This document shows positions 12,223 to 24,661 of a DNA stretch of 64,000 nt, in pieces. Within the stretch, counting starts at the first letter, position 1. Each line of letters begins with the position of its first letter. The position numbers and the translations under genes are program-made. Below the pieces are notes generated by a model, which did no database searches, was not told where the DNA came from, and worked only from the letters and a program-made list of their open reading frames with translations. Origin of the DNA: Eledone cirrhosa (lineage: Eukaryota); NCBI GenBank assembly GCA_964016885.1, contig OZ024751.1, positions 13,888,001 to 13,952,000 of the forward strand, given 5' to 3'.

Positions 12223-13262
12223 TTAGAAGACTGTTGGTGACTGTGGTAGTGGTTATTTTTATGTAGGTTATGGTTTTTGTTTTTGCTTTTATTTTTATTT
12301 TCATTTGTCCGACGGGTCCCCGGGAGATGGGTAAAGGGACAATCCCGGTCTAAACACAATCTGTCTCGCAGGGAAAAGCGGCAGATTTGTGGATTCCTTG
12401 TTTGAGTTATTGGTGGTTGTGTTGGTGTTAAATTAGAGTATGTATTATGGTGGTGGCTGTTTGTGGGGATAGATCGTTTTGTCATAGGTAAATGGGTGAA
12501 TTTGCAGCCACTATCCGTACATATTCTATAGCGTAGAGAGTAGCGGCAAATGATAGGGTTTCGAGTGGGTGGGTATGTGGGTGTGTGTGTTGTGAGAGGT
12601 GTAGATGATGGTTTGGGTAGGATTTGACGACCTTTGTGGACTGTGGGAGGGAGAGTTCTTGTTCTGGTATTAGAAGGTAAATTCCTTGACATAGCAGTAG
12701 ACAAAAATGTTGTAGTAGTAGTAGTAATAGTAGGCAGAGATGTTGGCAGTGGTGATGATTGGACTGCTGGGCCAGAGAAAGGATGTGGCGTTTCATGCTG
12801 TGAGACAGAGGCTACTGGGAGGTCAATAGTTTCATTTAGTAGATCGGCCATTGTTGATGAATCAAGGAGTGGTTCACACTGTTGTTGTCGTTGTTGTTGT
12901 TGTTGCTGTTGTTGATGTTGTTGTTGTAGCTGTTGTTGATGTTGTTGTTGTAGCTGTTGTTGTTGTTGCTGTTGTAGCTGCTGTTGTTGTTGTTGCTGCT
13001 GCTGGACAGCATTCGAAGAGAAAACACACCGTAGTTTATCCAAATGTTTATTGATTAATTTAAAAGCAATTTCGATTTGCTTTAATTTATTTTGAATCTG
13101 TTGTTCAGATCGAGTTTTCAAAAATTGAACTGTACGTTTAGCAATGTCGTTCAGAGATGAAGCATGTATGTCTTCAGTTTGGGAAAGGCAATGCCATGTG
13201 TTTATTAGAATGTCGATTTCATTATCAGACCAGTTCTGTTTGGATTTTTGCTGGTTAGCCAT
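12093..13262 (-). CDS. LINE ORF1: N-terminal Myb/SANT-like motif, polyQ, two CCCH zinc fingers
   Basis: First ATG at 13262 (MANQQ; the track start is a TTG). NWSDNEIDILI..W...RSEQQIQNK resembles Myb/SANT. CRYSLRYRICTDSGCKFTH and CRFSLRDRLCLDRDCPFTH are both C-x8-C-x4-C-x3-H. Confidence 0.85.
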   Translation of the reverse strand: MANQQKSKQNWSDNEIDILINTWHCLSQTEDIHASSLNDIAKRTVQFLKTRSEQQIQNKLKQIEIAFKLINKHLDKLRCVFSSNAVQQQQQQQQQLQQQQQQQLQQQHQQQLQQQHQQQQQQQQRQQQCEPLLDSSTMADLLNETIDLPVASVSQHETPHPFSGPAVQSSPLPTSLPTITTTTTTFLSTAMSRNLPSNTRTRTLPPTVHKGRQILPKPSSTPLTTHTPTYPPTRNPIICRYSLRYRICTDSGCKFTHLPMTKRSIPTNSHHHNTYSNLTPTQPPITQTRNPQICRFSLRDRLCLDRDCPFTHLPGTRRTNENKNKSKNKNHNLHKNNHYHSHQQSSKQETSSSFLAIMNLAKELEKNIRAITQHHPPLSPHCTNSHCCH

Positions 13263-13995
13263 TAGTTTTGAGTGTGTGTGTGTTTTAGTTAAGTATTTCA
13301 ATATATATATATTTTTTTTAAATTTATTTTTGATTTATTTTTGTTTTTTGTTTTTCTTGTGTGTGAGTGAGAAGCGTATATATATAAATATGAGTATATA
13401 TATATATATATATGTATATTCTGGTTATTTGAAATTAATTAAGTTAATGAAAAGACGAAAGTATATAATAATAATTTGTAGTTAAAGGAAAATGTACTCA
13501 CAAGTTCGAAAACACGTGGTTTCAAATATATAATAATATAGATGTATGAAAAATGTATTAACCGGTCAATTTTCAAATATATAATAATATAGATGTATGA
13601 AAATGTATTAACCGGTCAATTTTTGTTTGTTTGGTTTTGTCTTGTGGTTTTGTTTTGTGGCTGTGTGACTTGCTGCTTACTCGGGGAGAGAAGTAAAAAC
13701 ACGTCCTTATACTTCAACTGCTCAACTGCTATCATAACTGCTATATACATATATATATACATATATACATATATATATATACATATATATATACATATAT
13801 ATATACATATATATACATATATATATATACATATATATACATACATATATACATATATATACATATATATATATACATATATATACATATATATATATAT
13901 ACATATATATATATACATATATATATATACATATATATATATACATATATATATATACATATATATATATACATATATATATATACATATATATA

Positions 13996-14033
<38 letters not shown>

Positions 14034-14256
14034 TATATACATATATATATATACATATATATACATATATATATATACATATATATATACATATATATAT
14101 ACATATATATATACATATATATACATATATATATATATACATATATATATATACATATATATATACATACATATATATATACATATATATATATACATAT
14201 ATATATACATATATATATATACATATATATATATATACATATATATATATACATAC

Positions 14257-14293
<37 letters not shown>

Positions 14294-14844
14294 CATATAT
14301 ATATATATACATATATATATATACATACATATATATATATACATATATATATATACATATATATATATATACATATATATACATATATATATATACATAT
14401 ATATACATATATATATACATATATATATATATACATATATATATATACATATATATATACATATACATATATATACATATATATATATACATATATATAT
14501 ACATATATATATATACATATATAAATATACATATATATATATACATATATATACATATATATATATACATATATATACATATATATACATATATAAATAT
14601 ACATATATATACATATATATATATACATATATATACATATATATACATATATATATATATATACATATATAAATATACATATATATACATATATATACAT
14701 ATATACATATATATATATACATATATATATATATACACATATATATATACACATATATATATACATATATATACATACACATATATATATACATATATAT
14801 ACATACATATATATATACATATATATATGCATATATATATACAT

Positions 14845-14875
<31 letters not shown>

Positions 14876-14881
14876 CATACA

Positions 14882-14913
<32 letters not shown>

Positions 14914-15370
14914 CATATATATACATATATATATATACATATATAAATATACATATATATATATACATATATATACATATATAAATATACATATATATAC
15001 ATATATATATATACATATATATACATATATATACATATATATATATACATATATAAATATACATATATATACATATATATACATATATATATATACATAT
15101 ATATATATACATATATATATATACACATATATATATACACATATATATATATATATATATACATACACATATATATATACATATATATACATATATATAT
15201 ATACATATATATATACATATATATATGCATATATATATACATATATATATGCATATATATATACATATACATACATATATATATATATACATATATATAT
15301 ATACATATATATACATATACATATATATACATATACATATATATACATATACATATATATATACATATAT

Positions 15371-15401
<31 letters not shown>

Positions 15402-15557
15402 TGTGTGTGTATATATATATACATATACATACATATATATACATATATATACATGTATACATATATATACATATATACATATATATACATATATATATAT
15501 ATATACATATTTATACATATATATACATATATCTACATATATATACATATATATGCA

Positions 15558-15611
<54 letters not shown>

Positions 15612-15873
15612 CATTTATATATATATATATATATATATACATTTATATATATATACACATATATATATATACATATATATATACAAATATATATATATAC
15701 ATAAATATATACAAATATATATATACATAAATACATATATATATACATATATACATATATATACATATATATATACATATATATACACATATATATATAT
15801 ACACACATATATGTATATACATATATATACATATATATATACATATACATATATATACATATATATATATATA

Positions 15874-16120
15874 TAGTTTTAATATAGATGAGATTCTACA
15901 GGTCTATAACTGTTTCATTCTTTAGAAATCATCAGGAATATGGGTATCAAAAAATAAATATGGTATTTATAGGCCTCTTCAGGTGGTAGGAGAGGGTACG
16001 GGTGGAATGGGTAGAGGTCATTTGTTGATAGAAAAGAGAATTCATTAAAAGCTAATTCTTTAAAGCTATAATTTATATTTAGAGTAACTTTAAGACCCGT
16101 TGGTATACCCATACCCATTC
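15874..16120 (-). mobile_element. PLE-type terminus with a degenerate HHR (about 15900-15940)
   Basis: Minus strand: CTGATGA tttctaaagaat GAAA cagtta TA ga. Stem II is nearly identical to that of the 310-bp array; stem I is poor. Confidence 0.5.
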
Positions 16121-16199
16121 CTTCAGAAGACCGGACAAATCAAACCAGACAACACTCGTCTTCTATGTTTGGGACCTCAAAAGGAACTCCACCCCCTTC

Positions 16200-17653
16200 A
16201 CGCTTAAATGGAAAATACTCCAGAGAGCTCTTCCGTAGTACATTGGTTTAATAATATTAAAGATAAAAATAGTTCTAGATTCACCCAATTTGACATTGTA
16301 GATTGCTACCCGTCTATCACTCAGACTCTTTTAGCGAAAGCATTAAATTTCGCTAGAAAGTTTACCAATATTTCTGATATTGAAGAGAATGTCATCTTGC
16401 ATGCTAGAAACACTCTACTCTTTACTGATAATGACACTTGGGTAAAAATATCTAACCCAGAGAACCCATTCGATGTCTCAATGGGCTCTTTTGACAGTGC
16501 TGATGTTTGTGATTTAGTCGGCCTATTCCTCCTACACACACTTAAAGAAAAATTCCCTAACCATATTTTTGGGCTTTATCGCAACGATGGTCTAATACTT
16601 TCCCATACCACCATAGGCCATAACTTAGATAGATTAAGGAAAGACTTAATAAAAACCTTCGCTAGTTTTAATCTTAAAATTACTATTGACACTAACCTTT
16701 CCAATGTTAATTTTCTAGATATAAACCTAGATTTGCCTACTGCTTCTTATAAACCATACCATAAACCTAATGAAAATTTAAAATATATAAATAAAGGCTC
16801 TTGCCATCCTCCTATAGTTTTTAAAAACCTTATCCCTAATATTAGCCGTAGGTTCTCCACTCTCTTTTCCTCAGAAGCTATTTTCAATAAGGCATCTCCT
16901 ACTATAATAAAGCCCTTCAAAATAGCGGATTTAGCGAACCGATTAAGTACATACCCAACAATACTAACTCTTTTAAACATAATAATAGGAAAAGAAAAAT
17001 AATCTGGTTCACCCCCCCCCCCCTACTCTCTAGCAGTTAAAACTAATGTAGGCAAAACATTCCTAGAGCTCTTAGATAAACATTTTCCTAGAACACATAG
17101 ATACTATAAGATCTTCAATAGAAACTGTGTCAAAATTAGCTACTCCTGCGGTCCCCCTATTAAATCTTATATCATCAATAAGAAATCACCCAGAGAACAT
17201 CAAAATTGCTCCTATAGAGTCAAAAGTGAATGCCGATTACAAGGTAAATGCAACACCAAAGCCATTGTATATGCGGCTAAAGTGACAACCATCAGCAACA
17301 ACCAACCAGCCACCAGCGAACGATATGTGGCTATGACACAAGACAAATTCAAAACGCGTTATTACTCACATGTCGCATCTTTCCGACATCCAGAAAAAAG
17401 ATTCACAACAGCTCTGGCTAGCAGAATATGGGATTTGAAAGACCAAGGTATCCAATATAAATTGGATTGGTCAATTTTGAACCAATCTAAAGAATATGTA
17501 AGAGGAACAAGAAGATGCACACTCTGCATAAGTGAAAAATATTGGATTTTACAGAACCTTAAATCACCAAAAACCTGCCTAAATACAAAAACAGAAATTT
17601 TCACCAGTTGCCAGCCCACACATGAAATCACACTTGCTTTCCAGCTCATATAA
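16200..17653 (+). pseudogene. Frameshifted Naiad-like PLE RT plus GIY-YIG
   Basis: QFDIVDCYPSI, FDVSMGSFDSADVCDLVG, GLYRND (catalytic D lost), NFLDI, SCHPP, then FKTRY..H, CTLCISEK, CLN.K.E. Several frameshifts. Confidence 0.92.
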
Positions 17654-18972
17654 ACTTAACTCACTTTCAGATACTTATCCTCCATAAACTCTTATTCTTC
17701 ACTTTCCTTAAATTACCCTCTTTACAGACTTCTCTCTCTGATTTACTTTCATTTTTAACTTTATTTTTATTTTTATTTTTATTTTTATTTTTATTTTTAC
17801 TTCACATCCACCAGTTAACCCCCCCCCCCCTACACACACACACACACACACACTTTTCGATTCACTTACATAATATCTTCACATTCCACATTTTACTTCC
17901 CCATTTTCTTTCACTACCTGATATCACTTGTCACTTGCGTTTTCCACTCCAGATATATTCTGTTGTTTCGCAGCCGATTTATATTTGTACTCATTTATTC
18001 ATATGGCTGATTTATAATCTGTATCTATGTGTCTGAGTGTGCTTATGTGTGTATACGTTCTGTATATGTATACGAACGCCTCCGTGTGTGTGCGTGCGTA
18101 CGTATATATATGTGTGTATGTGTGTTTTATATCTATGTTCTTTTATATCTATGCTTTTTACATTCTTATTTTTACGTGTGTGTGTATGCGGGTGAATGTA
18201 TGTGTATGTGTATGTATATGTGTATGTGTATGTATATGTGTATATATGTATATGTATGTATGGGTGTGTATGTATATGTGTGTATATATATATATAGTCG
18301 CGTGAGTACGTGTGATTAGATATATATGGGGCGATATATATATATATACGTGCCTCGTGTGTATGTATGTACGCATGCATGCGCTTTTGTCTGTACGTAT
18401 TTATGTGTATAAATATTTTTATATATATATGTGTATGTACGTGCGTACCTATGTTTGTTTTCTTTTCTCTAGTGTTAACTGATTACTTTCTCTTTGATTT
18501 AAAAATGTTTTCATTCTCATATATTGTTTCATTTTTATACATATATCGAGAATGACACTTCTTTTTACTATTACACTCCCTTCCCTCTTTATCTTCCGCA
18601 TATAAGTGACCGCGCGCGTGTGTGTGTGTTTATACGCGTGCTTTCATACTCGTATGTGTGTTTACTACCTGTATCTGGATGTGTGTCAACTATATTTTCA
18701 TACAATTTCTTTTTCAACTCATATTATATACGTATTTATGGTCACATATTCACAAATATAATTGCCTTCATATATGTACTTACGCACAAATGTTCAGCAT
18801 ACACATGCATTTGTACATACACACATATGTTCATTTGTGAGTGTATATACATACATATACACATACCCTAACTATATTCCTTATATTTTTTTTATATATC
18901 TCTTTCATTACTTTTATTTATATATGTTTTGCATTTCTTGAGGAGACTTTCCAAATATTTCACTAGGTTTTA

Positions 18973-19050
18973 AATTGCCTTGTCCGACGAACGAATGAAG
19001 ACGTTTTTCGTATTCGTCTTATTCGGGACACCTCTGGTAATGAGGTAATT
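18973..19050 (+). ncRNA. Degenerate hammerhead in the 3' terminus of the 16.2-19.15 kb PLE
   Basis: 11-bp stem I aattgccttgt/atgaggtaatt, with core CCGACGA and GACA in place of CTGANGA and GAAA. Stem III is cc-tct-gg, then TA. Confidence 0.6.
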
Positions 19051-19149
19051 ATATTGTATTGTTTATTATACATTAAATTTTGCTCTGGTACTTACATAGA
19101 ACACTGTTCACTCCTATGACTTTTTCAATTTTCAACGGAAACTTCAATA

Positions 19150-19200
<51 letters not shown>

Positions 19201-19259
19201 ATATATATATGTAAATGTATGTATGTGTATATGTATGTATGTATGTGTGTATGTCTGTG

Positions 19260-19297
<38 letters not shown>

Positions 19298-19303
19298 TAT
19301 ATG

Positions 19304-19339
<36 letters not shown>

Positions 19340-19457
19340 TGTATGTATGTAAGTATATGTGTATATATATATGTATGTATGTGTGTATATATGCATACAT
19401 GTATATATGTATATATGTATGTGTATGTATATATATGTATATGTATGTATGTATGTA

Positions 19458-19524
<67 letters not shown>

Positions 19525-19589
19525 ATATGTATATGTATATATGTATGTGTGTGTGTATATATAAATATATGTATATATATATATATAGA

Positions 19590-20790
19590 TGTATAATTTC
19601 TATTTAAATTGTTGGGATACAACAAGCAAATATTTTTATAACTGATATAAAGCACTCAACAAGTTATTGGAGTAAAAATACGATATATTAACAAATGGAA
19701 ACTATATTTATAAAACCATATTTATTTCATTATACATATTTCAAGGACACCAAGTTAAATTATGGTGTGCTTTCATCAGATAAAATATAATACAGAGCTG
19801 TTTTATAAATAAACATTGACATACCCTTAAAGAATGCGACCATTTCTGTTGGAAGCTCCCGGATAGTGGGGTTATAATTTTATTTATACTATTATGTAAA
19901 TTAGTTTCGGATATTTTAAAATCAGAGTAGATTTAAATAGGCCGTTGGGTTATGGAGAAAGAGAGAGAGAGAGAGAGAGAAAAGAGAGAGAGAAAAAAGA
20001 GATAGAAAAAGAGAAAAAATAGAAAAAAGAGCAAACTCTAAGAGGAAAATAAGAAAAATAAGAAAAGGAGAAAGAGAAGAAAAAAAGAAAAGAGAAAGCG
20101 AAAGCTCTAAGTGATAGGTTGTTGAATTAGCTTAACTTTTGAGATGAAGTGAAAAAATAAATATTTAATAGATGAGTAGAGAAGTGTAAATAAGCGTGAA
20201 TGTAAAATACATACATAATAGGAGAATTTTAACCATTGTTTAAATATGATTAAATGTTTAGTTTATCATTTAAATTATTGAGATCTATACATTAAACATT
20301 GAGACCTATATATTATTAAGAAATCTATATATTATTAAGACTATATATTATTAAAAAATCTATATATTATTAAAAGAATATATTCATATATATACATACG
20401 CACACACAGATACATATACATATAAATACATATACATACGTCTACATATATATACATATACATACAAACTATAAAGAACTTTTTAATTAAAGATATAGGA
20501 ATTTTCATAAACTTATAGATTTTTCGGAGAAAATCTTAGAAAAAACAGAGAAAATCATTTCTATGTAATATCAAAACAGCGTGAAGGAAGTTAAGTTATT
20601 TACTTATATTAAATGTTACAAATGATAAGATAGTAAAGGAAATTTTAGGTTATACACACCTTATGTTATTATACAAATTTTTTTTTAATATAAGTTTTAA
20701 ATCTAATAAATCCAACTGTTATGAAGTTGTGACTGTTATTATATAAGTTTGTTTATCAGGAACCTTAAGAAAATCCGTATAAACGAGTGC
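19590..20790 (-). mobile_element. Solo PLE 3' UTR/terminus (family C) with HHR at 19723-19787
   Basis: Terminus homologous to 5862-6100. Minus strand: tattttat CTGATGA aag..cacca/tggtg..ctt GAAA tatgta TA atgaaata. Confidence 0.75.
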
Positions 20791-20920
20791 AATCGAATTG
20801 TATGCATATATATATACACACAATCCCCACATAGATACACATAGACGTACTTACATATACAGGTAGATATGCATCACACATATATATATACATACATACA
20901 CACACATATATATATATATA

Positions 20921-21350
20921 CACGGTGGCTGCCAACTCGTTTTCGAGTACGGCCACTATTTTATATACATGTAGGAGAACCTCTACTGATGCGCTTTTTA
21001 GTCCAGCCAGCGACTTGAAAACTCTGGTACAAACACTACACTTGTGACAATTATTGACACATAGTGCTGGGCCCATGGTACCATGTGACGACAAGTGCAG
21101 AGAGATCTCCAGATATAAAGCAAAGCCTGTGCCGTGAAGCTGTTATAGTGAGCAAAGGCACTGCACAAAGCCAGTCCCACTCTCTTAACCAAGATGATAT
21201 TTACCAAAAAGAAGACCAAGTCAACATCATTGGATACCATCAGGGTTGCAGGTGTTATGTTCAGAGTTTTCCTTCTCCTAGAATTCTGCCTGAATAAGGC
21301 TAAGGGGTCATCTCTCCCTGTGATTTTGGATGGCCATTGGCTCTTAAGAG
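20921..21350 (-). mobile_element. Short internally deleted RTE-type element (5' part joined to 3' end)
   Basis: The minus strand has AGGAGAAGGAAAACTCTGA (typical of RTE 5' regions), then a C..C.R.FKSLAGL C-terminal remnant and a CTCG-AAAA-CGAG 3' hairpin before (TA)n. Confidence 0.55.
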
Positions 21351-21378
21351 TGTGTATATATATATGTGTGTGTGTGTG

Positions 21379-21458
<80 letters not shown>

Positions 21459-21579
21459 GACATATATATACATATATATATACACATATATATACATATA
21501 TATATATATACACACACACATATATATATATATATACATATATATATACACACACACATATATATATATATATATATCT

Positions 21580-21850
21580 TCTAAGGCGGGTAAAATTCCC
21601 GAGATCCATGGACGAGTTCTCTCTAGCGGTCTCTGTCCCTCATTATCGCTGCCATGTCCTGCGTCCCCAACAGATCAGTGTATGTCCTTAGGGACATACG
21701 TTAACCTTGGTCTTCCTCTTCTAGTATGGCCATGTAGGGGCTCCCAAAGGAGCACTGAGTGCAATGTCAACTCTGGATGTCGGTGAGCATGTCCAGCTAA
21801 CCTCAGTCTCCTCTGTGTCACTTTTGAGCTGACTTTTAGGATGCTCCCAT
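21580..21850 (-). mobile_element. RTE-clade LINE 3' fragment
   Basis: [12 protein letters not shown]...LLWEP..G....GRPRLTY; near-identical to 24660-24935. Confidence 0.85.
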
Positions 21851-21878
21851 ACACATATATATAAATATATATATATAT

Positions 21879-21922
<44 letters not shown>

Positions 21923-21927
<5 letters not shown>

Positions 21928-22663
21928 TATGCATGTATACGTACATACATATATGTATACAGACGTACAGTAGCATGCACATATACATATATATATATAT
22001 ATATATACACATATATATACATATGCATACAGGTACACATACATATATGCACGTATCAGTTTAGCGGCGCTAACGTCGCTTTGTTCGTTTGTAAACAAAC
22101 TGAACAGCCTGAATTTATGCCATACGGTGTTAAGGCAACCACGTCACCTTTTTGTTCAACACTGACACAGGAACGATGTACTAGTTTCAAGCTTGTTAGC
22201 TATCATCAGCACCGTTTACCCATCTGCCAGATAGTTGAACGTTCGAAAGTATATACTTTCCTTATGAAAATTAACGGCTGAGCAGCCTAATTTGCATATT
22301 GAGTGAGTTAAATCGGTTAGGCATACCGAAAACGATAAATTGAAACAAAATGAAAACGAAATTTCATTTCTCACTCTTAGTATGCAAATTAGGCTGCTCA
22401 GCCGTTAATTTTCATAAGGAAAGTATATACTTTCGAACGTTCAACTATCTGGCAGATGGGTAAACGGTGCTGATGATAGCTAACAAGCTTGAAACTAGTA
22501 CATCGTTCCTGTGTCAGTGTTGAACAAAAAGGTGACGTGGTTGCCTTAACACCGTATGGCATAAATTCAGGCTGTTCAGTTTGTTTACAAACGAACAAAG
22601 CGACGTTAGCGCCGCTAAACTGATACGTGCATATATGTATGTGTACCTGTATGCATATGTATA

Positions 22664-22694
<31 letters not shown>

Positions 22695-23292
22695 GTATAT
22701 GTGCATGCTACTGTACGTCTGTATACATATATGTATGTACGTATACATGCATACTTACATTTAAGTAAGTGCCATACTAAGAGTGAGAAATGAAATTTCG
22801 TTTTCATTTTGTTTCAATTTATCGTTTTCGGTATGCCTAACCGATTTAACTCACTCAATATGCAAATTAGGCTGCTCAGCCGTTAATTTTCATAAGGAAA
22901 GTATATACTTTCGAACGTTCAACTATCTGGCAGATGGGTAAACGGTGCTGATGATAGCTAACAAGCTTGAAACTAGTACATCGTTCCTGTGTCAGTGTTG
23001 AACAAAAAGGTGACGTGGTTGCCTTAACACCGTATGGCATAAATTCAGGCTGTTCAGTTTGTTTACAAACGAACAAAGCGACGTTAGCGCCGCTAAACTG
23101 ATACGTGCATATATGTATGTGTACCTGTATGCATATGTATATATATGTGTATATATATATATATATATATGTATATGTGCATGCTACTGTACGTCTGTAT
23201 ACATATATGTATGTACGTATACATGCATACTTACATTTAAGTAAGTGCCATACTAAGAGTGAGAAATGAAATTTCGTTTTCATTTTGTTTCA

Positions 23293-23293
<1 letters not shown>
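21923..23293. mobile_element. 478-bp HHR-bearing repeat: one inverted plus about two tandem copies (retrozyme-like or solo pLTR array)
   Basis: Period 478 (22381, 22859). The left arm 21923-22384 is the reverse complement. HHRs at 22172-22216 (-), 22463-22507 (+) and 22941-22985 (+). Confidence 0.85.
22463..22507 (+). ncRNA. Minimal type I hammerhead ribozyme
   Basis: aacggtg CTGATGA t agct-aaca-agct t GAAA ctag TA catcgtt: 7-bp stem I and palindromic ACTAGT. Confidence 0.9.
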
Positions 23294-23319
<26 letters not shown>

Positions 23320-23325
<6 letters not shown>

Positions 23326-24368
23326 TAACAGATTAAAGTTTAAGCAAAGAATCGCTGCTTTCACCCTTAACGGGATCTTCTGAAACTAACAAAGTCAATC
23401 TGTAAACGCAGAACTGGATATTTCAAAAAACGTTGCAACCGGAGGGAGACAGGAAGACGTTACTTTGGTTCGTGGAAACGTTCGCTGGCAAAGAACGGGA
23501 AAAAACGAATATAATACGTCATTAATAGGAGTGGTGAAAAACAATTACGCGCAAAGACAGAACCACGTTTATGGTATAAAAGAGGTCGTATGTAAATACA
23601 TACACGCAAACAAATACGTACATACACAAGCATACGCAAAACACTTACCATAGGTGTACAAAACCACGCACATATAAATATGTGTGTGTATATGCGTGTG
23701 TATACAAATAAATAAATAATTATAGAAACGTATGTAAATAAATAAATACGTATATAACAAGCGCACACACCTATTTATTTATTTCTATTACTTCTGTATT
23801 GTATTTATTTACTTTGTCCTTAACTCTGTAGCGGAGATTCATTCGGTCTCCTAGTTAGAATTTAGTCTACGACTTCTGCTATACCATTTACGTGGTTTTG
23901 TCTTTGCGTGCTATTGTTCTCCACGCTCCACATATGACGTATTATCTTCGTTTTTTTCGTTCATTGCCAGAGAACGTCTCTATGAACCACCTAAGAGAAC
24001 GTTAGTCTACGACCTCTTTTATACCATAAACGTGGTTCTGTCTTTGCGCGTAATTGTTTTTCACCGCTCTTATTAATGACGTATTATATTCGTTTTTTCC
24101 CGTTCTTTGTCAGCAAATGTTTCCACGAACCAAAGTATCGTCTTCCTGTCTTCCTCCAGTTGTAACGTTTTTTGAAATATCCAGTTCTGCGTTTACAGAT
24201 TGACTTTGTTAGTTTCAGAAGATCCCGTTAAGGGTGAAAGCAGCGATTCTTTGCTTAAACTTTAATCTGTTATTTTAATAAATATTTGCTCTACGGTTCT
24301 TATATATTTGATATATATTTATCCTTATCGAGTCCTCTTTGGATTTTAGTCTTCAAATTTATTATTAT

Positions 24369-24372
<4 letters not shown>
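23320..24372. mobile_element. Non-coding PLE-type element with ~270-bp inverted arms, each carrying a variant HHR
   Basis: 23320-23590 is the reverse complement of about 24008-24279. The tail 24280-24372 is present only on the + arm. There is an internal diverged ~140-bp duplication at 23862-24000. Confidence 0.8.
24195..24270 (+). ncRNA. Hammerhead with U4A core variant (CAGAAGA); second copy at 23328-23403 (-)
   Basis: acagattga..agttt CAGAAGA t ccc-gttaa-ggg t GAAA gca-gcgattctt-tgc TT aaact ttaatctgt. All three stems pair. Confidence 0.7.
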
Positions 24373-24411
<39 letters not shown>

Positions 24412-24509
24412 TATACACACACACACATATATCTATATATATACATATATATATACATATATATACACACACATATATATATATATACATATATATATAC
24501 ATCTATTTA

Positions 24510-24565
<56 letters not shown>

Positions 24566-24567
24566 AC

Positions 24568-24659
<92 letters not shown>

Positions 24660-24661
<2 letters not shown>

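Larger units (their letters stand above)
9008..13742 (-). mobile_element. Near full-length CR1-group (APE-RT) LINE
   Basis: 5' UTR, ORF1, ORF2, short 3' UTR and a tandem 3' tail (TTCAAAGTTA x2 on the minus strand). Flanked by (TA)n. Confidence 0.92.

Noticed and set aside
9102-13054. Plus-strand ORFs overlapping the LINE
   Set aside because: Antisense shadows of ORF1/ORF2, including the polyQ repeat.
13520-13622. 52-bp direct duplication in the LINE 5' UTR (similar small duplications at about 1831-1930 and 29119-29260)
   Set aside because: Real, but most simply explained as local slippage; no functional signal visible.
22081-23283. Repeated '[18 protein letters not shown]...' ORF as a small gene family
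   Set aside because: It lies antisense to the hammerhead within the 478-bp repeat, runs out of microsatellite, and has no recognisable domain.
23320-24280. MITE or DNA transposon with long TIRs
   Set aside because: The arms are asymmetric (tail on one side only), carry hammerheads and follow the PLE polarity; no transposase-type termini.
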